In this document: positions 30,384-40,346 of the stretch, one piece after another
How the letters are laid out: every line of letters begins with the position of its first letter
How positions within the stretch are numbered: the stretch's first letter is position 1
Assembly: GCA_965200315.1 (NCBI GenBank)
Contig: OZ241362.1
Coordinates: 1,568,001 to 1,632,000, forward strand
Source of the DNA: Candidatus Latescibacterota bacterium
Lineage (GTDB): Bacteria; Latescibacterota; UBA2968; UBA8231
Direction: 5' to 3'
Length of the DNA: 64,000 nt
The notes under the pieces: model-generated
Seen by the model: only the letters and a program-made list of their open reading frames with translations
The model's database searches: none
What the model was told of the DNA's origin: nothing
Program-made: the position numbers and the translations under genes

Positions 30384-30471
30384 GGGAGCTAAATCGCAGT
30401 GTCGCCGCTCGACGCGGCAACGGCTCGACTGAGCTCGCCGAAGACAAAACCAGCGTCCGATGGGAACACCC

Positions 30472-31524
30472 TCAGAAAATGATGTTCATGGAAATGGGCG
30501 TATTGTCTCCCACCACCGTCTCTTCACTGCCGATTATATACGCCACGTCAAACTGGAAGCGGTTGTACTTTAGCCCAACGCCAAAGGTCTTGGTATTTAC
30601 CTCGCCGTCGTAATCGTACGAAAGACCGGCTCGCAACGCGATAAACGCCTCGCCTTCGCGTGCGGAAAGGCCATATTGGTATTCACCGCCCACGTGCAGA
30701 TCCATCTCCTTGAACTCGTTGTTCAGGCCCTCGTCGGCCCACGCCTTGGCCAAGTTGCTGACAAAAGACCCATCGGCAATCAGAGGCTTGTACAGGTCAA
30801 AGGAGAACATCAGGTCGTTGTATTGGGTATCCATCACGTCGTAGGCCACTCCGACGATGATATGTTGGGGCAGCGGATCGGCCTGATCGGCGTCGATATA
30901 GGCGATCTTGGGGCCTAGGTTGCGCAGGGCCGCGCCAAAGCTGAGGCTGGAAACGGGTTTCCATAAAAAACCCAAATCCGCGGCAAAGCTGTTGCCCACA
31001 CCTCGGCCTCGCTCAATGCCAGCCCCCGCATCGGCCAAGTTGCTGCGGATGAACTTCAGGCCGATGCCAGCGGACGTATTGTCGCCGATCTGCGCCCCGT
31101 AGGCCGCAGACACAGCCACGTCATAGCTGCGGAAGGTGCCTTGTTGGTTGCCGCGTTCGTCTGTGCGAATCTGCTCGCCTAGATTTAGCAGCGCGACATT
31201 GAAGCCAAAGTTGCCCCACCCCTCTACGGGCTGGGAATAGGCCAGAAACTCGTAGGACAAGTCGTCGGCCAGCTTCGGCAGCCACTTGGTGTGCGAAAGG
31301 TGGAGCTTTTTCTTGCTCTGCCCGACAAGCGCAGCTGGGTTGAAGTAGCTCGCCGTAGCGTCATCGGCCACCGCCACGTACGATTCGCCCATGGCAATGG
31401 CGCGGGAGCCCGGCTCGATCAACAACAGAAGCGGAGCACTGCGGCTCTCGGGCGTGGCCCAAGCCCCATCGGGCAATGCGCCGACGCAAAGGCCAGCCAA
31501 CAGCAGGGTCGTCAGTTTCCTCAT
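30472..31524 (-). CDS. porV: PorV-like outer-membrane shuttle protein
   Basis: LLIEPGSRAIAMGESYVAVADDATASYFNPAAL, KWLPKLADD, KFIRSNL, NLGPKIAY; directly follows porU. Confidence 0.82.
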   Translation of the reverse strand: MRKLTTLLLAGLCVGALPDGAWATPESRSAPLLLLIEPGSRAIAMGESYVAVADDATASYFNPAALVGQSKKKLHLSHTKWLPKLADDLSYEFLAYSQPVEGWGNFGFNVALLNLGEQIRTDERGNQQGTFRSYDVAVSAAYGAQIGDNTSAGIGLKFIRSNLADAGAGIERGRGVGNSFAADLGFLWKPVSSLSFGAALRNLGPKIAYIDADQADPLPQHIIVGVAYDVMDTQYNDLMFSFDLYKPLIADGSFVSNLAKAWADEGLNNEFKEMDLHVGGEYQYGLSAREGEAFIALRAGLSYDYDGEVNTKTFGVGLKYNRFQFDVAYIIGSEETVVGDNTPISMNIIF

Positions 31525-31622
31525 AGCGGAGTCCTCCTCAGCTCGGAATAAAATATAAAAATGATGCCTCCTAAGTACTTAAAGACGATCTCACTGCTGC
31601 AAAGGCACTCCTCTCGCCATGC

Positions 31623-34600
31623 TCACTTGGCGACCTGCAAGACGGCGCGGTGCGCGACCGCAGCACCGCTTTCCCGCTCGGCTTCTATCCGATAAATATA
31701 CGCGCCGTTGGCCAAACCCGCCGATGGCGTCCAAGGCACTTGGTTGTAGCCAGCGTGCGTCTGCCCGTCTAGCCGCTCTATCAGCCGACCAGCCAGCGAA
31801 AAGACCTCTATCTGCACCGCATGCACGGCGTCTTCTAGAGTATACGTGAAGTAGCCGCTATCGCGCATGGGATTCGGATAAAACAGGACGTCGGCAAGAC
31901 CCGCATCGCCTTCGTCGTCTCCGACTTCGACAATCACAGTCGTACGCGACGAATTGTTGAAATTGTCCCAAGCCTTCAGGCGGATTTCGCGTTGGCCGGC
32001 TTCCAATTCGGGCAGGGGAAATTCGATCACCCCTTGCCGATAATCCCCGCCCTGCGCGCTGTACAGCTCGGTCAAGGTGAACAACTCGCCGTCGATGGCC
32101 AGCTCGATTTCGTGTCCGGTCTCTCCGGTGATGTTGATGCCGCTGGGATCCGCAATCGAGGCCAACAACACCGTCTGCCGCGGAATCGTGCGGCCTTTGG
32201 CTCCCTCAAAGCGCAGGGAAATTTCCGGCCCTTCCACATCCGCTTCCACCCCTTCGGCCGTGCCCGCTAGCACCAGTCCGTCCGCCGCGCCAAAGGCTGC
32301 CGGGCTATTATCGCTCCAGACGTAGGCACTGATGCGGCCGTTTTCTCCGCCATAAGTAATGTCTTTAGGGACCCGGAACGCGGCGTTGAAGCGGCCCTCG
32401 GCTACTGGAAAGCGGCCGCGAAACATGGGGGCACCACTCTGCTGGTAGGTATAGCCCTCCAAGTCGCTCTCTTCACTCGAATCAAAGGCCTGCAACCACA
32501 CTTGGCCCGCATAGCCGATGGCCGACTCACCAGCCGCGTTGAGGATTTGGCCGGCGATGGGCACTTCGCCGAGGGCACTGAGCGAATCGGCCACATCGAT
32601 CTGCACCTGAAAGCGCGGCGTGGCCAAGCGCGTCGCCGGGTCGCCGAAAAGCGAGTAGCGCTGAATGTTGCGGAACCAAGAGTAGGCGCTGGGAGCATCG
32701 GGGGAATACCGCGACAACGGCAATAGCGATAGCTTACCCTCGGTGAGGGCTAGCCCAATCGGCACATGCTTCCGCTCAGTGTGGTACATATGCTCGTAGA
32801 ACTGATTGGCCAACTGGACATTGCTAGGGTGATACCCCACCCGGGTCGCGCAAATCATGCCGATCACGCCCCCGTTTTCCTTCTTCAGCAACGCCTCGGG
32901 GATGGAGAGGCGCACGGGATCGTCGAACACCCCAACTTGACTCGCAGCCGTGAAAAATAAGGGCAGGCGAGCGCCGTTTTTGAGTTTGTCCAAATCGCGG
33001 GCCAGCAAGAACATACTCTCGTGAGCCAGCACGTTAAAGCTGCCGTGCCCCAAATAAGTCACAGTGAGCGCGCCCTCGTTGAAGAGCCGGATAAACTCGT
33101 CGCGGGCCCGCGGTTTCTCCCGTCCCTCTAAGGGAAATTGGGCTATGTAGAGTTTGATCAAGTCCAACGAATTGGGCAGGATGTTGCGGGCCATGTCTTC
33201 GCTATCTCGGATAAACATCGCCTCGACCCTGCCCGGACTATCTCGATTGAGCAAGTCGTCCGAGATTAATGCCTGTCGGCTCTGCCAAGGCCCCACTTCG
33301 GGTGCGCGGTCATAGGCGATGATTTTATCGACGACCACGTCGGCCTCGGCCGCCGTCTGCACCGTCAGCCGCCCAATAGCCATGTCGGGGTACAAATCGC
33401 CGCCTACCACGCGCGTGTACCACTCGTCGTACGTGCTGTCGCCGTCTTGGAACGGCGGGATCCAATTGCCCTGACTGAGGGCCGAATTGTTTTTGTAATC
33501 GTACGATCCATCGCCAATCAAGGCCACAAATAGCGGCGCGGGATCCCAGTGCTCGGCCGCGTAGGCGAGAAAATTGCGGATCGCCGCCGGGTCTAAAAGG
33601 CCGCCGGAAAATTCGTCGTAGATGTCTTGTACGTCGATGGCCATTGTCCGTAGGGGCGGCCCGAAGCGGTCGTCTTCAGCACGCCATTGTGCCAAGCGCT
33701 CGGCCGCAGCGCGAAAGTCGCGGTGGTAAATCGCCACCCAATCGGCCCCCCAAGCCCCGGTCGTCAAATTGCCGGGCCAGTCGAGTTCGATCTGCACCGG
33801 TCGCTTCCAAGTCGCTGGACCGCCCACTGCGTAATGACGCGGCACCTCCCCGGGCCGATCCTGAAAAATTACCGTCCCGGCCTGCGCGTCGTACGCGAAG
33901 TCCACGATCTCGGCCAAACCCGCAGACACCTCAAAGACGCGAGGCTGCTCGGCGGCCAAACCCGCGAGGCGGAATTGCGTGGTGCCCGTCAGCGGATAGG
34001 TGAAGAACAGTTCGCCGCGCTCGGCGACAAAGCCCCGGCTGTACTCCACTTCGTACCAGTCGAAGCGCGACGGATCGCCGGAGTGAAAAATCCCCAAGTG
34101 ATTCAGCCCCTCCTGCGCCCCCATCGCCGTCCACAGCGTATCGGATGCAAAGAATCTGTTGGTTGTAAAAGTCACCGTTCCGATGGTCTCTTCGTTCCAG
34201 CGCACCTCAAGTCGCGGCCGCGTCTTAGGCACCCCGATAAAGCCCAAACGCACAGCCACCGGATCGGAGGCGGCCTGCCGCACCACCACCGGAAAATTGC
34301 GCGCATTGCCGCGAAAATCCTCCCAGTACCAAGTGTAGCCGGACTTGATGCTATAAATCTGGTGGAGGACGAACTGTTCGGCTTCTTCGTGGATTCGCAC
34401 TCGATAGCTCGTGGGCTGCAGAGGATCGGACGCGGCTAAGGCACCGCTCCTCTGCTCGGCCCGCCGCCCCTCGCTCCCACCGCCAAAACCCAGCCAGTAC
34501 GTGTTTTCGCGCGTATAAAGATTGTGCCGATACTGAAACGAACGGCTATCTTGCGAGTATTCCCAGCGGCTGACCGGCTCGGCCCAAAACAAGACGAAGT

Positions 34601-35339
34601 CATCCGCGTCCAAACGGCCATCGCCCCCGTCTTCTACGACTAAGCCCACTTCCGACATGGCTTGAGGCGGGTTTATCTCGTGGATGGGCAAGGCTTTTCC
34701 GCCTCCGTAGTACAGGCGCAAACTCGCTGGCTCGACGTCGCCGATTGCCACTCCAGCGGCCTCTAAGTCGGCTCCCGATATCCGGTACATTCCCTCTTCT
34801 GCGACGAAGATCCGCAGCCAAGTTCCTTCCTGCAACGCGGCTTTGCGCGCTGGCCGCCGCTTGGGTGGCAATCGCCAGTTCTCGGCTTGCTCGGGATTGA
34901 CGAGCAGCCCTCGGTAGAATGCTTCGCCCCAAGGATCGGCGACGCGAGAGCCGCTGCTGCCGGTCACGTGCAGGTCAACGACGATGCGATCGTACAAGGT
35001 CCGCGTCCCGTCTGCTTCGACGCGCGGGGCAAACGCCACCGGAACGATGCGCTGGCGACGCGCAAAACCGCTCTCGCCGAGGAAGACCGGGCCGGGCGTG
35101 GGCGCGTCGTCTTCAGCGGCGCGATCCGTCCGCGCCACGCGGGCTTCAACCAACTCCAAGCGAACCTGTCCGTCGGTTGGGACGCCGATCAAGGCACCGT
35201 GCCCCTGCTCTAATTCTCGGCCTTCGGGCAGCCAAACCAACCGCAGGTGCTGCGGCGTCTGTTCGCTTACGCGCAATTCCGCCATGGCCGCACTCCCGCA
35301 AAAAAGCGCGAGCACCCAAAAGCAGCATTTGAATCTCAT
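31623..35339 (-). CDS. porU: PorU-like C25 (gingipain-fold) sortase with C-terminal sorting domain
   Basis: IYDEFSGG..DPAAIRNFL, LIGDGSYDYKN, AIGRL, YLGHG, LFGDPA, SGINITG, LKAWDNFNNS, FYPNP. Confidence 0.85.
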   Translation of the reverse strand: MRFKCCFWVLALFCGSAAMAELRVSEQTPQHLRLVWLPEGRELEQGHGALIGVPTDGQVRLELVEARVARTDRAAEDDAPTPGPVFLGESGFARRQRIVPVAFAPRVEADGTRTLYDRIVVDLHVTGSSGSRVADPWGEAFYRGLLVNPEQAENWRLPPKRRPARKAALQEGTWLRIFVAEEGMYRISGADLEAAGVAIGDVEPASLRLYYGGGKALPIHEINPPQAMSEVGLVVEDGGDGRLDADDFVLFWAEPVSRWEYSQDSRSFQYRHNLYTRENTYWLGFGGGSEGRRAEQRSGALAASDPLQPTSYRVRIHEEAEQFVLHQIYSIKSGYTWYWEDFRGNARNFPVVVRQAASDPVAVRLGFIGVPKTRPRLEVRWNEETIGTVTFTTNRFFASDTLWTAMGAQEGLNHLGIFHSGDPSRFDWYEVEYSRGFVAERGELFFTYPLTGTTQFRLAGLAAEQPRVFEVSAGLAEIVDFAYDAQAGTVIFQDRPGEVPRHYAVGGPATWKRPVQIELDWPGNLTTGAWGADWVAIYHRDFRAAAERLAQWRAEDDRFGPPLRTMAIDVQDIYDEFSGGLLDPAAIRNFLAYAAEHWDPAPLFVALIGDGSYDYKNNSALSQGNWIPPFQDGDSTYDEWYTRVVGGDLYPDMAIGRLTVQTAAEADVVVDKIIAYDRAPEVGPWQSRQALISDDLLNRDSPGRVEAMFIRDSEDMARNILPNSLDLIKLYIAQFPLEGREKPRARDEFIRLFNEGALTVTYLGHGSFNVLAHESMFLLARDLDKLKNGARLPLFFTAASQVGVFDDPVRLSIPEALLKKENGGVIGMICATRVGYHPSNVQLANQFYEHMYHTERKHVPIGLALTEGKLSLLPLSRYSPDAPSAYSWFRNIQRYSLFGDPATRLATPRFQVQIDVADSLSALGEVPIAGQILNAAGESAIGYAGQVWLQAFDSSEESDLEGYTYQQSGAPMFRGRFPVAEGRFNAAFRVPKDITYGGENGRISAYVWSDNSPAAFGAADGLVLAGTAEGVEADVEGPEISLRFEGAKGRTIPRQTVLLASIADPSGINITGETGHEIELAIDGELFTLTELYSAQGGDYRQGVIEFPLPELEAGQREIRLKAWDNFNNSSRTTVIVEVGDDEGDAGLADVLFYPNPMRDSGYFTYTLEDAVHAVQIEVFSLAGRLIERLDGQTHAGYNQVPWTPSAGLANGAYIYRIEAERESGAAVAHRAVLQVAK

Positions 35340-35521
35340 AAAATCGTAATGGTATAGGTGGGATTGGTCATTTGGCTCAGTACAACTACGGTCTTAGCTG
35401 GGTGGGCGGAGAAAACGCGTACGCAGAGTAGGTGGCGTGTAGTGTACTTAGGTCATTTGGTTATGGCGATTCGCTTTTGTAAGGTCATTCCAAGCCCCTT
35501 TTTTGTCAAGGGCATCTCATC

Positions 35522-35550
35522 TTGACTTATCGGCTCCGCGCCGCTATGTT
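35522..35550 (+). promoter_or_regulatory. Sigma70-type promoter of rpmB
   Basis: TTGACT, 17-bp spacer, TATGTT. Confidence 0.6.
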
Positions 35551-35577
35551 TTATGGTTTCTTAACAGGGAGGCACTC

Positions 35578-35805
35578 ATGGCCAGACAATGCAGCCTGAC
35601 CAAAGTCAAGGGCCTAGTTGGCAACAACGTCAGCCACTCGCAGCGCAAAACCAAGCGCGTCCAACAGCCCAATCTCATCAAAAAGCGCATCTTCATTCCC
35701 GAGGAAAACCGCACCGTCACCCTACGCCTGACCGCCCGCGCCCTCCGCACATTAAACAAAAAAGGCGTCTATCAGTTCCTAAAAGAAAACGGGATCAAGG
35801 TCTGA
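35578..35805 (+). CDS. rpmB: 50S ribosomal protein L28
   Basis: MARQCSLT..GNNVSHSQRKTKR..PNL; GGGAGG RBS. Confidence 0.96.
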   Translation: MARQCSLTKVKGLVGNNVSHSQRKTKRVQQPNLIKKRIFIPEENRTVTLRLTARALRTLNKKGVYQFLKENGIKV

Positions 35806-35834
35806 GCGGGCAAAAGCCCGCGCCTTCCGCGTAG

Positions 35835-36950
35835 ATGAACCACGGCGAAGACGCAGCCGACGCCATCCAAGAGCGAGTTCGCCAAGCCCTAGCCGAAAAC
35901 GCGGCCCTAAAAATTTTTGCCGGCCGCACCAAGTCCTTTCTCGGACGCCGACACGACGGAACCTCACTCGACCTCACCGCTCTGACCGGCATCGTTAGCT
36001 ACGAGCCAAACGAGTTGGTCCTAGTCGCTCGCCCGGGCACCAAGCTGAGCGAAATAGAAGCCCTGTGCCGTAACGAAAACCAGTACTTTGCTTTTGAACC
36101 GCCCGCTTGGGGTGCGGCCGCGACCATCGGTGGCACGGTCGCCTGCAACCTCTCGGGGCCGCGGCGCTTCAAGATGGGCGCACTGCGCGATCACTTGCTC
36201 GGTGCCGAGCTAATCGACGGCCGCGGTGAGCGAATTCGCACCGGCGGCAAAGTCGTCAAAAACGTCACGGGCTACGATCTGTCCAAGGTGCTGGCTGGGT
36301 CCTTTGGGACGCTGGGAGTACTCACCGAAGTCTGCCTCAAGGTCTGGCCGCGTCCCGAAACCCAAGCAACCCTATTCATTCACGGGCTGACGCCCTCAGC
36401 AGCATTGGCGCGAATTCTCGCTTGGGCGGCGCGACCTTTCCAGATCACGGGCCTAGTTTGCAACGCCGACCGGTTAGCTGCCCGCGTCGAAGGCCCAGAG
36501 CCAGCAGTGCGGGCACAGCTAACAACGCTGCGCGAAGAAGAATCAGCCGAGTCGGAGATAATAGAAGAGGCCGAATCGCACACCTTCTGGCGGCGCTGGC
36601 GCGAGCTTGAATGGCTGGTCCCGGCCGAGGGCCAGCAGCGCTGGCGCTTTTCTGGACCGCCGACCAAAATGGCGCAATTAATGAAAGCGCTAGAGGCCGA
36701 GGGGCTGAGCCGCTGGGGGCTGGACTGGGCCGGCGGCTTGCTCTGGGCATTGTTACCCGTGGCCGCCCAACCCGCGCGTTTGCATCGCACCGCTGCACAC
36801 CACCAAGCCAGCGGCTGGCGCTTTGCAGCCGACGAACACAACGAAGACGCCTTTACCCCGCTCAGCGCCGGCGCGACGCGCATGAATCAGATGCTCAAGC
36901 GCTCCCTCGACCCCCAAGGCATTTTCAACCGAGGCAAGATGTACGCCTAG
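35835..36950 (+). CDS. glcE: Glycolate oxidase FAD-binding subunit GlcE-like
   Basis: GIVSYEPNEL, ATIGGTVACNLSGPRR, GGKVVKNVTGYDL, DWAGGL, DPQGIFN. Confidence 0.85.
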   Translation: MNHGEDAADAIQERVRQALAENAALKIFAGRTKSFLGRRHDGTSLDLTALTGIVSYEPNELVLVARPGTKLSEIEALCRNENQYFAFEPPAWGAAATIGGTVACNLSGPRRFKMGALRDHLLGAELIDGRGERIRTGGKVVKNVTGYDLSKVLAGSFGTLGVLTEVCLKVWPRPETQATLFIHGLTPSAALARILAWAARPFQITGLVCNADRLAARVEGPEPAVRAQLTTLREEESAESEIIEEAESHTFWRRWRELEWLVPAEGQQRWRFSGPPTKMAQLMKALEAEGLSRWGLDWAGGLLWALLPVAAQPARLHRTAAHHQASGWRFAADEHNEDAFTPLSAGATRMNQMLKRSLDPQGIFNRGKMYA

Positions 36951-38131
36951 TATATCTCGCCTGGACGATAGTCCGGCGGCGGCATTTCCCGTTCGCTAAG
37001 CCACAACGCCCGCCCAACCCGCGCCTGAACGTATTGATAGTCATAGCTCGTGTCTGGAGCGGCGATGTTGCCCTGCGAGGGATACTGGGCAATCGCCTCC
37101 TCGACAAGATCCACGCCCAACCCGGGCGCATCCGGCACCGCGATATGGCTATCGATCACTTCGGGCTGGCCGGTCATCACCTCGTAGCGCTGCGGCACAT
37201 CGTCGGTTAGGTGCTCCAAGATCAGGAAGTTGGGCAACGTGGCCATTAGGTGTACGGCTGCCATTTCGGCCACCGGCCCCAACGAGCCGTCGTGCGGGGC
37301 CACCGTGCAGTAGTGCGCCTCGGCCATAGCCGCAATTTTCTTCATCTGCCCCAAACCCCCAGCGCGGCCCGTATCCGGCTGTACTACATCAATGATCTCG
37401 CGCTCAATCAGCTCCTTTACCCCCCAAATAGTGGCGTGGCGTTCACCCGCGGCCATGGGAATATCCACTGCGTCGGCGACCCGAGCGAGAGCGTTGATGT
37501 TTTCAGGGGCTACTGGATCCTCGTAAAACAGCAAGTCGTAGTCTTCAAGCGCGCGACCCAAGGCAATGGCGTCGCGCGTCGTCAGCCAAGGCGGGCCGTG
37601 GACATCGACCATGAGATCCACCTCGTCGCCGACTTCTTTGCGGATGGCGGCGACCGTTTCGACGCAGTTGTTGATCCCCCCGGTTTTGATCGCCGTATAG
37701 CCTTGATCGACCAAGGCGCGTGCCCGCTCTTTCTCGTGAGCGTGAGTATAGACCCGCACCCGGTCGCGCATCTTGCCGCCCAAGAGATTCCACACCGGCT
37801 GCCCAAGGGCCTTACCCTTGATGTCCCACAGGGCCATCTCAATGCCGGTCATGGCACCAGAGCCGACGATGCCGGTCATGCCGTGGCCCATCATTGCCAC
37901 CTGCATCTTGCCCCACAGTCGCTCAATGTGGAAGGGATCTTCGCCGATCATCAAAGGCGTTAGATCGTGGATGGCCGTTTCGACCACGCGCGGCCAGCCC
38001 GAAGCCTCGCCCACGCCGTAGATGCCAGCGTCGGTTTCGACCTTGACGAAGAGCCAGTTGCGCGCCGACCAACCGCTTGCCTGCGGAGGCGCACACTGCA
38101 TCAAATAGGTCTTAATCTGGGTAATTTTCAC
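36947..38131 (-). CDS. Mandelate racemase/muconate-lactonizing family enzyme (galactonate dehydratase-like)
   Basis: NWLFVKVETDAGIYGVGE, ALWDIKGK, MVDVHG, YEDP, AAGE, QPD. Likely GTG at 38131. Confidence 0.88.
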   Translation of the reverse strand: MKITQIKTYLMQCAPPQASGWSARNWLFVKVETDAGIYGVGEASGWPRVVETAIHDLTPLMIGEDPFHIERLWGKMQVAMMGHGMTGIVGSGAMTGIEMALWDIKGKALGQPVWNLLGGKMRDRVRVYTHAHEKERARALVDQGYTAIKTGGINNCVETVAAIRKEVGDEVDLMVDVHGPPWLTTRDAIALGRALEDYDLLFYEDPVAPENINALARVADAVDIPMAAGERHATIWGVKELIEREIIDVVQPDTGRAGGLGQMKKIAAMAEAHYCTVAPHDGSLGPVAEMAAVHLMATLPNFLILEHLTDDVPQRYEVMTGQPEVIDSHIAVPDAPGLGVDLVEEAIAQYPSQGNIAAPDTSYDYQYVQARVGRALWLSEREMPPPDYRPGEIY

Positions 38132-38213
38132 AGCGATCTCCCGGTGTTGCGATGGAGCAACAAGTATAAGCCATACCTCAAAATCAATCCATTGCCAGCA
38201 CCCCATGCACAGA

Positions 38214-38242
38214 TTGACAGGCATATTTTCAATACTTAGCTT
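38214..38242 (+). promoter_or_regulatory. Sigma70-type promoter
   Basis: TTGACA, 17-bp spacer, TAGCTT in an AT-rich intergenic region. Confidence 0.6.
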
Positions 38243-38300
38243 CTAAATTTTCTATTTAATTTTATTTTTTAGTGATTTAATTCCGACAGATGCCTTTCTC

Positions 38301-39269
38301 ATGGATCCCTGTATAGGTCTGATCGATCAAGAACTGGCCCGGTTTGAAAAGCGGCTCAACGCCGAACTCAATGCCGATGTCGAGCTGGTTCACGTCATTG
38401 CCCGCTACATGGCCACCCTCAAGGGCAAGCGCCTCCGGCCGGCCCTCATCCTGCTCGTGGCCAAAGCGTCTGGCCGCTGGAACGAACAGCTAATCGACAC
38501 GGCTGTGGCCGTCGAAATGATTCACGCCGCCACCATGGCTCACGACGACGTAGTGGACTCAGCAACCATGCGCCGGGGCCGCGAGACGGTCAACGAGCGT
38601 TGGACCGGGCAGATCGCCGTGCTCATGGGTGACTTTCTGTTCGCACGCGCCCTGCGCCTGCTGATCGAGATCGGCAATCTGCAGGTCCTGAGCGCAGTCG
38701 CGTACGCCACCGAGCGGCTGAGCATAGGCGAAATTTTTGAAATCCAGATCGGCACACAGTGCGACACGCGCGAAGAGTCGTATTTTGCCATGGTCAGCGA
38801 CAAAACGGCTTCCCTGATCTCGGCCGCAACGCGGATTGGCGCTATTCTCTCCGGCGCATCAGACGAGATCGTGCAATCTATGGGGCGCTACGGAGAATCG
38901 CTCGGCCGTGCCTTCCAAGTCGCCGACGACATTCTCGATCTCACCAGCGATCAGGCGACCATGGGCAAGCCCGTCGGGCACGACCTGCGCGAAGGCAAGA
39001 TCACCTTGCCACTGATACGCGCCTTACAGCAAGCGCCCTCAGAAGCGCGGGCCGAGATGGAGGCCCTTTTGGCCCGGCCGGACAAGGACGAAGCCGAATG
39101 GAAGCAGATCGTGGCCTTTGTCGAACAGTACCGAGGGGTCGCCGCCGCCGTCAAAACCGCGCACGAATATGCCGCCCAAGCTCAGGAATGCCTAAAAGTA
39201 CTGGCCCCATCCCCGGCTCGCGCCGCACTAGAACGAGCCGTGCAGCTCGTCGTCGAACGCAACAATTGA
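38301..39269 (+). CDS. Long-chain polyprenyl diphosphate synthase (IspB/HepT-like)
   Basis: GKRLRP, HDDVVD..RRG, FQVADDILD, GKPVGHDLREGKITLP. Confidence 0.92.
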   Translation: MDPCIGLIDQELARFEKRLNAELNADVELVHVIARYMATLKGKRLRPALILLVAKASGRWNEQLIDTAVAVEMIHAATMAHDDVVDSATMRRGRETVNERWTGQIAVLMGDFLFARALRLLIEIGNLQVLSAVAYATERLSIGEIFEIQIGTQCDTREESYFAMVSDKTASLISAATRIGAILSGASDEIVQSMGRYGESLGRAFQVADDILDLTSDQATMGKPVGHDLREGKITLPLIRALQQAPSEARAEMEALLARPDKDEAEWKQIVAFVEQYRGVAAAVKTAHEYAAQAQECLKVLAPSPARAALERAVQLVVERNN

Positions 39270-39280
39270 CAGACTAGCCC

Positions 39281-40327
39281 ATGCTCAAGCTGCTCAAGCG
39301 CAGTCTGCTAGCCCTAGGCGGCTTGGCCGTGGTCCTGTACTTTCTGCCGTCGTCCCAGCCCGCCGCGCCGGTGCGCGCCGACCGCCTCTTGTTGGGCACC
39401 CTCGTCACGGTCAAGCTCTACGGAGACGAAGCTGTGGTTCGCCCGCACCTAGAGGCGGCGTACGCGGAGATCGCCCGCGTCGATTCGGCGATGAGCCACT
39501 ACCGGGCGGACGGTGCCTTGCGGCGGCTAGAACAGCAGGCGCAACTCGCTCCAACGCGAGGCTCGGCCGGGCTGATTGCGGTCTTGACGCGCAGCCAGCA
39601 CTTCGCCGCGTTGACCGATGGAGCTTTTGACTGCACGGTGGGGGCGTTGACGAGCCTGTGGAACTCCCCCGATGCGGCAGCGCCGCCTGCCCCGGCGCAG
39701 ATTGATTCGGTGCTGGCACTGGTAGGCTACGAAGGGTTGGAGGTTGCGGCCCAGTCGTTTCGGATCAACAAGCCGGGGCTGCGGTTGGATTTGGGAGCGG
39801 CGGCCAAAGGCTACGCGGTTGACCAAGCCGTGGCGGCCATACAGGAGTTGCAAGTGGAAGCCGGGGTGATTGAGGCCGGGGGCGATATTCGCTATTGGGG
39901 CGAAAAGCCGGACGGGCGGCCTTGGCTCTTTGGGGTGCAGCATCCGCGCGACCCAGAGCAATACATAGCAGTAGAAGACCTCGGGCTCACGGCGATCGCG
40001 ACCTCCGGCGACTACGAGCAGTACTTTGATTGGGAGGGCGAGCGCTATCACCACTTGCTCGACCCCAAGACCGGCTATCCAGCGCGGGCTAGCATAAGTG
40101 CCACTGTGTGGGCCGCGACCGCACTGGACGCCGACATTCTGTCAACCGCGGTCTTCGTCTTAGGGCCGGAGCAAGGGCTGGCACTCGTCGATGGCCTACC
40201 GGCTGTCGAGGGCTTTATTTTCTTTGTGCGAGACGGGCAGCTCATGCACAGGGCATCAACCGGGCTGCGCGACCGCTTTCGCTTTTGCAATAGCAACAAA
40301 CCTTCGCCGGGCTGTGCTCGGCACTAG
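39281..40327 (+). CDS. apbE: FAD:protein FMN transferase
   Basis: TDGAFD, DLGAAAKGY, AGGDI, ATSGDYE, HHLLDPKTG. Confidence 0.92.
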   Translation: MLKLLKRSLLALGGLAVVLYFLPSSQPAAPVRADRLLLGTLVTVKLYGDEAVVRPHLEAAYAEIARVDSAMSHYRADGALRRLEQQAQLAPTRGSAGLIAVLTRSQHFAALTDGAFDCTVGALTSLWNSPDAAAPPAPAQIDSVLALVGYEGLEVAAQSFRINKPGLRLDLGAAAKGYAVDQAVAAIQELQVEAGVIEAGGDIRYWGEKPDGRPWLFGVQHPRDPEQYIAVEDLGLTAIATSGDYEQYFDWEGERYHHLLDPKTGYPARASISATVWAATALDADILSTAVFVLGPEQGLALVDGLPAVEGFIFFVRDGQLMHRASTGLRDRFRFCNSNKPSPGCARH

Positions 40328-40346
40328 CGGAGTAAAGACCAAATTT

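Noticed and set aside
30421-30443. CGGCTCGACTGAGCTCGCCGAAG, reminiscent of small REP-like intergenic repeats
   Set aside because: Only one copy was seen in the window, so repeat status cannot be supported without the genome.
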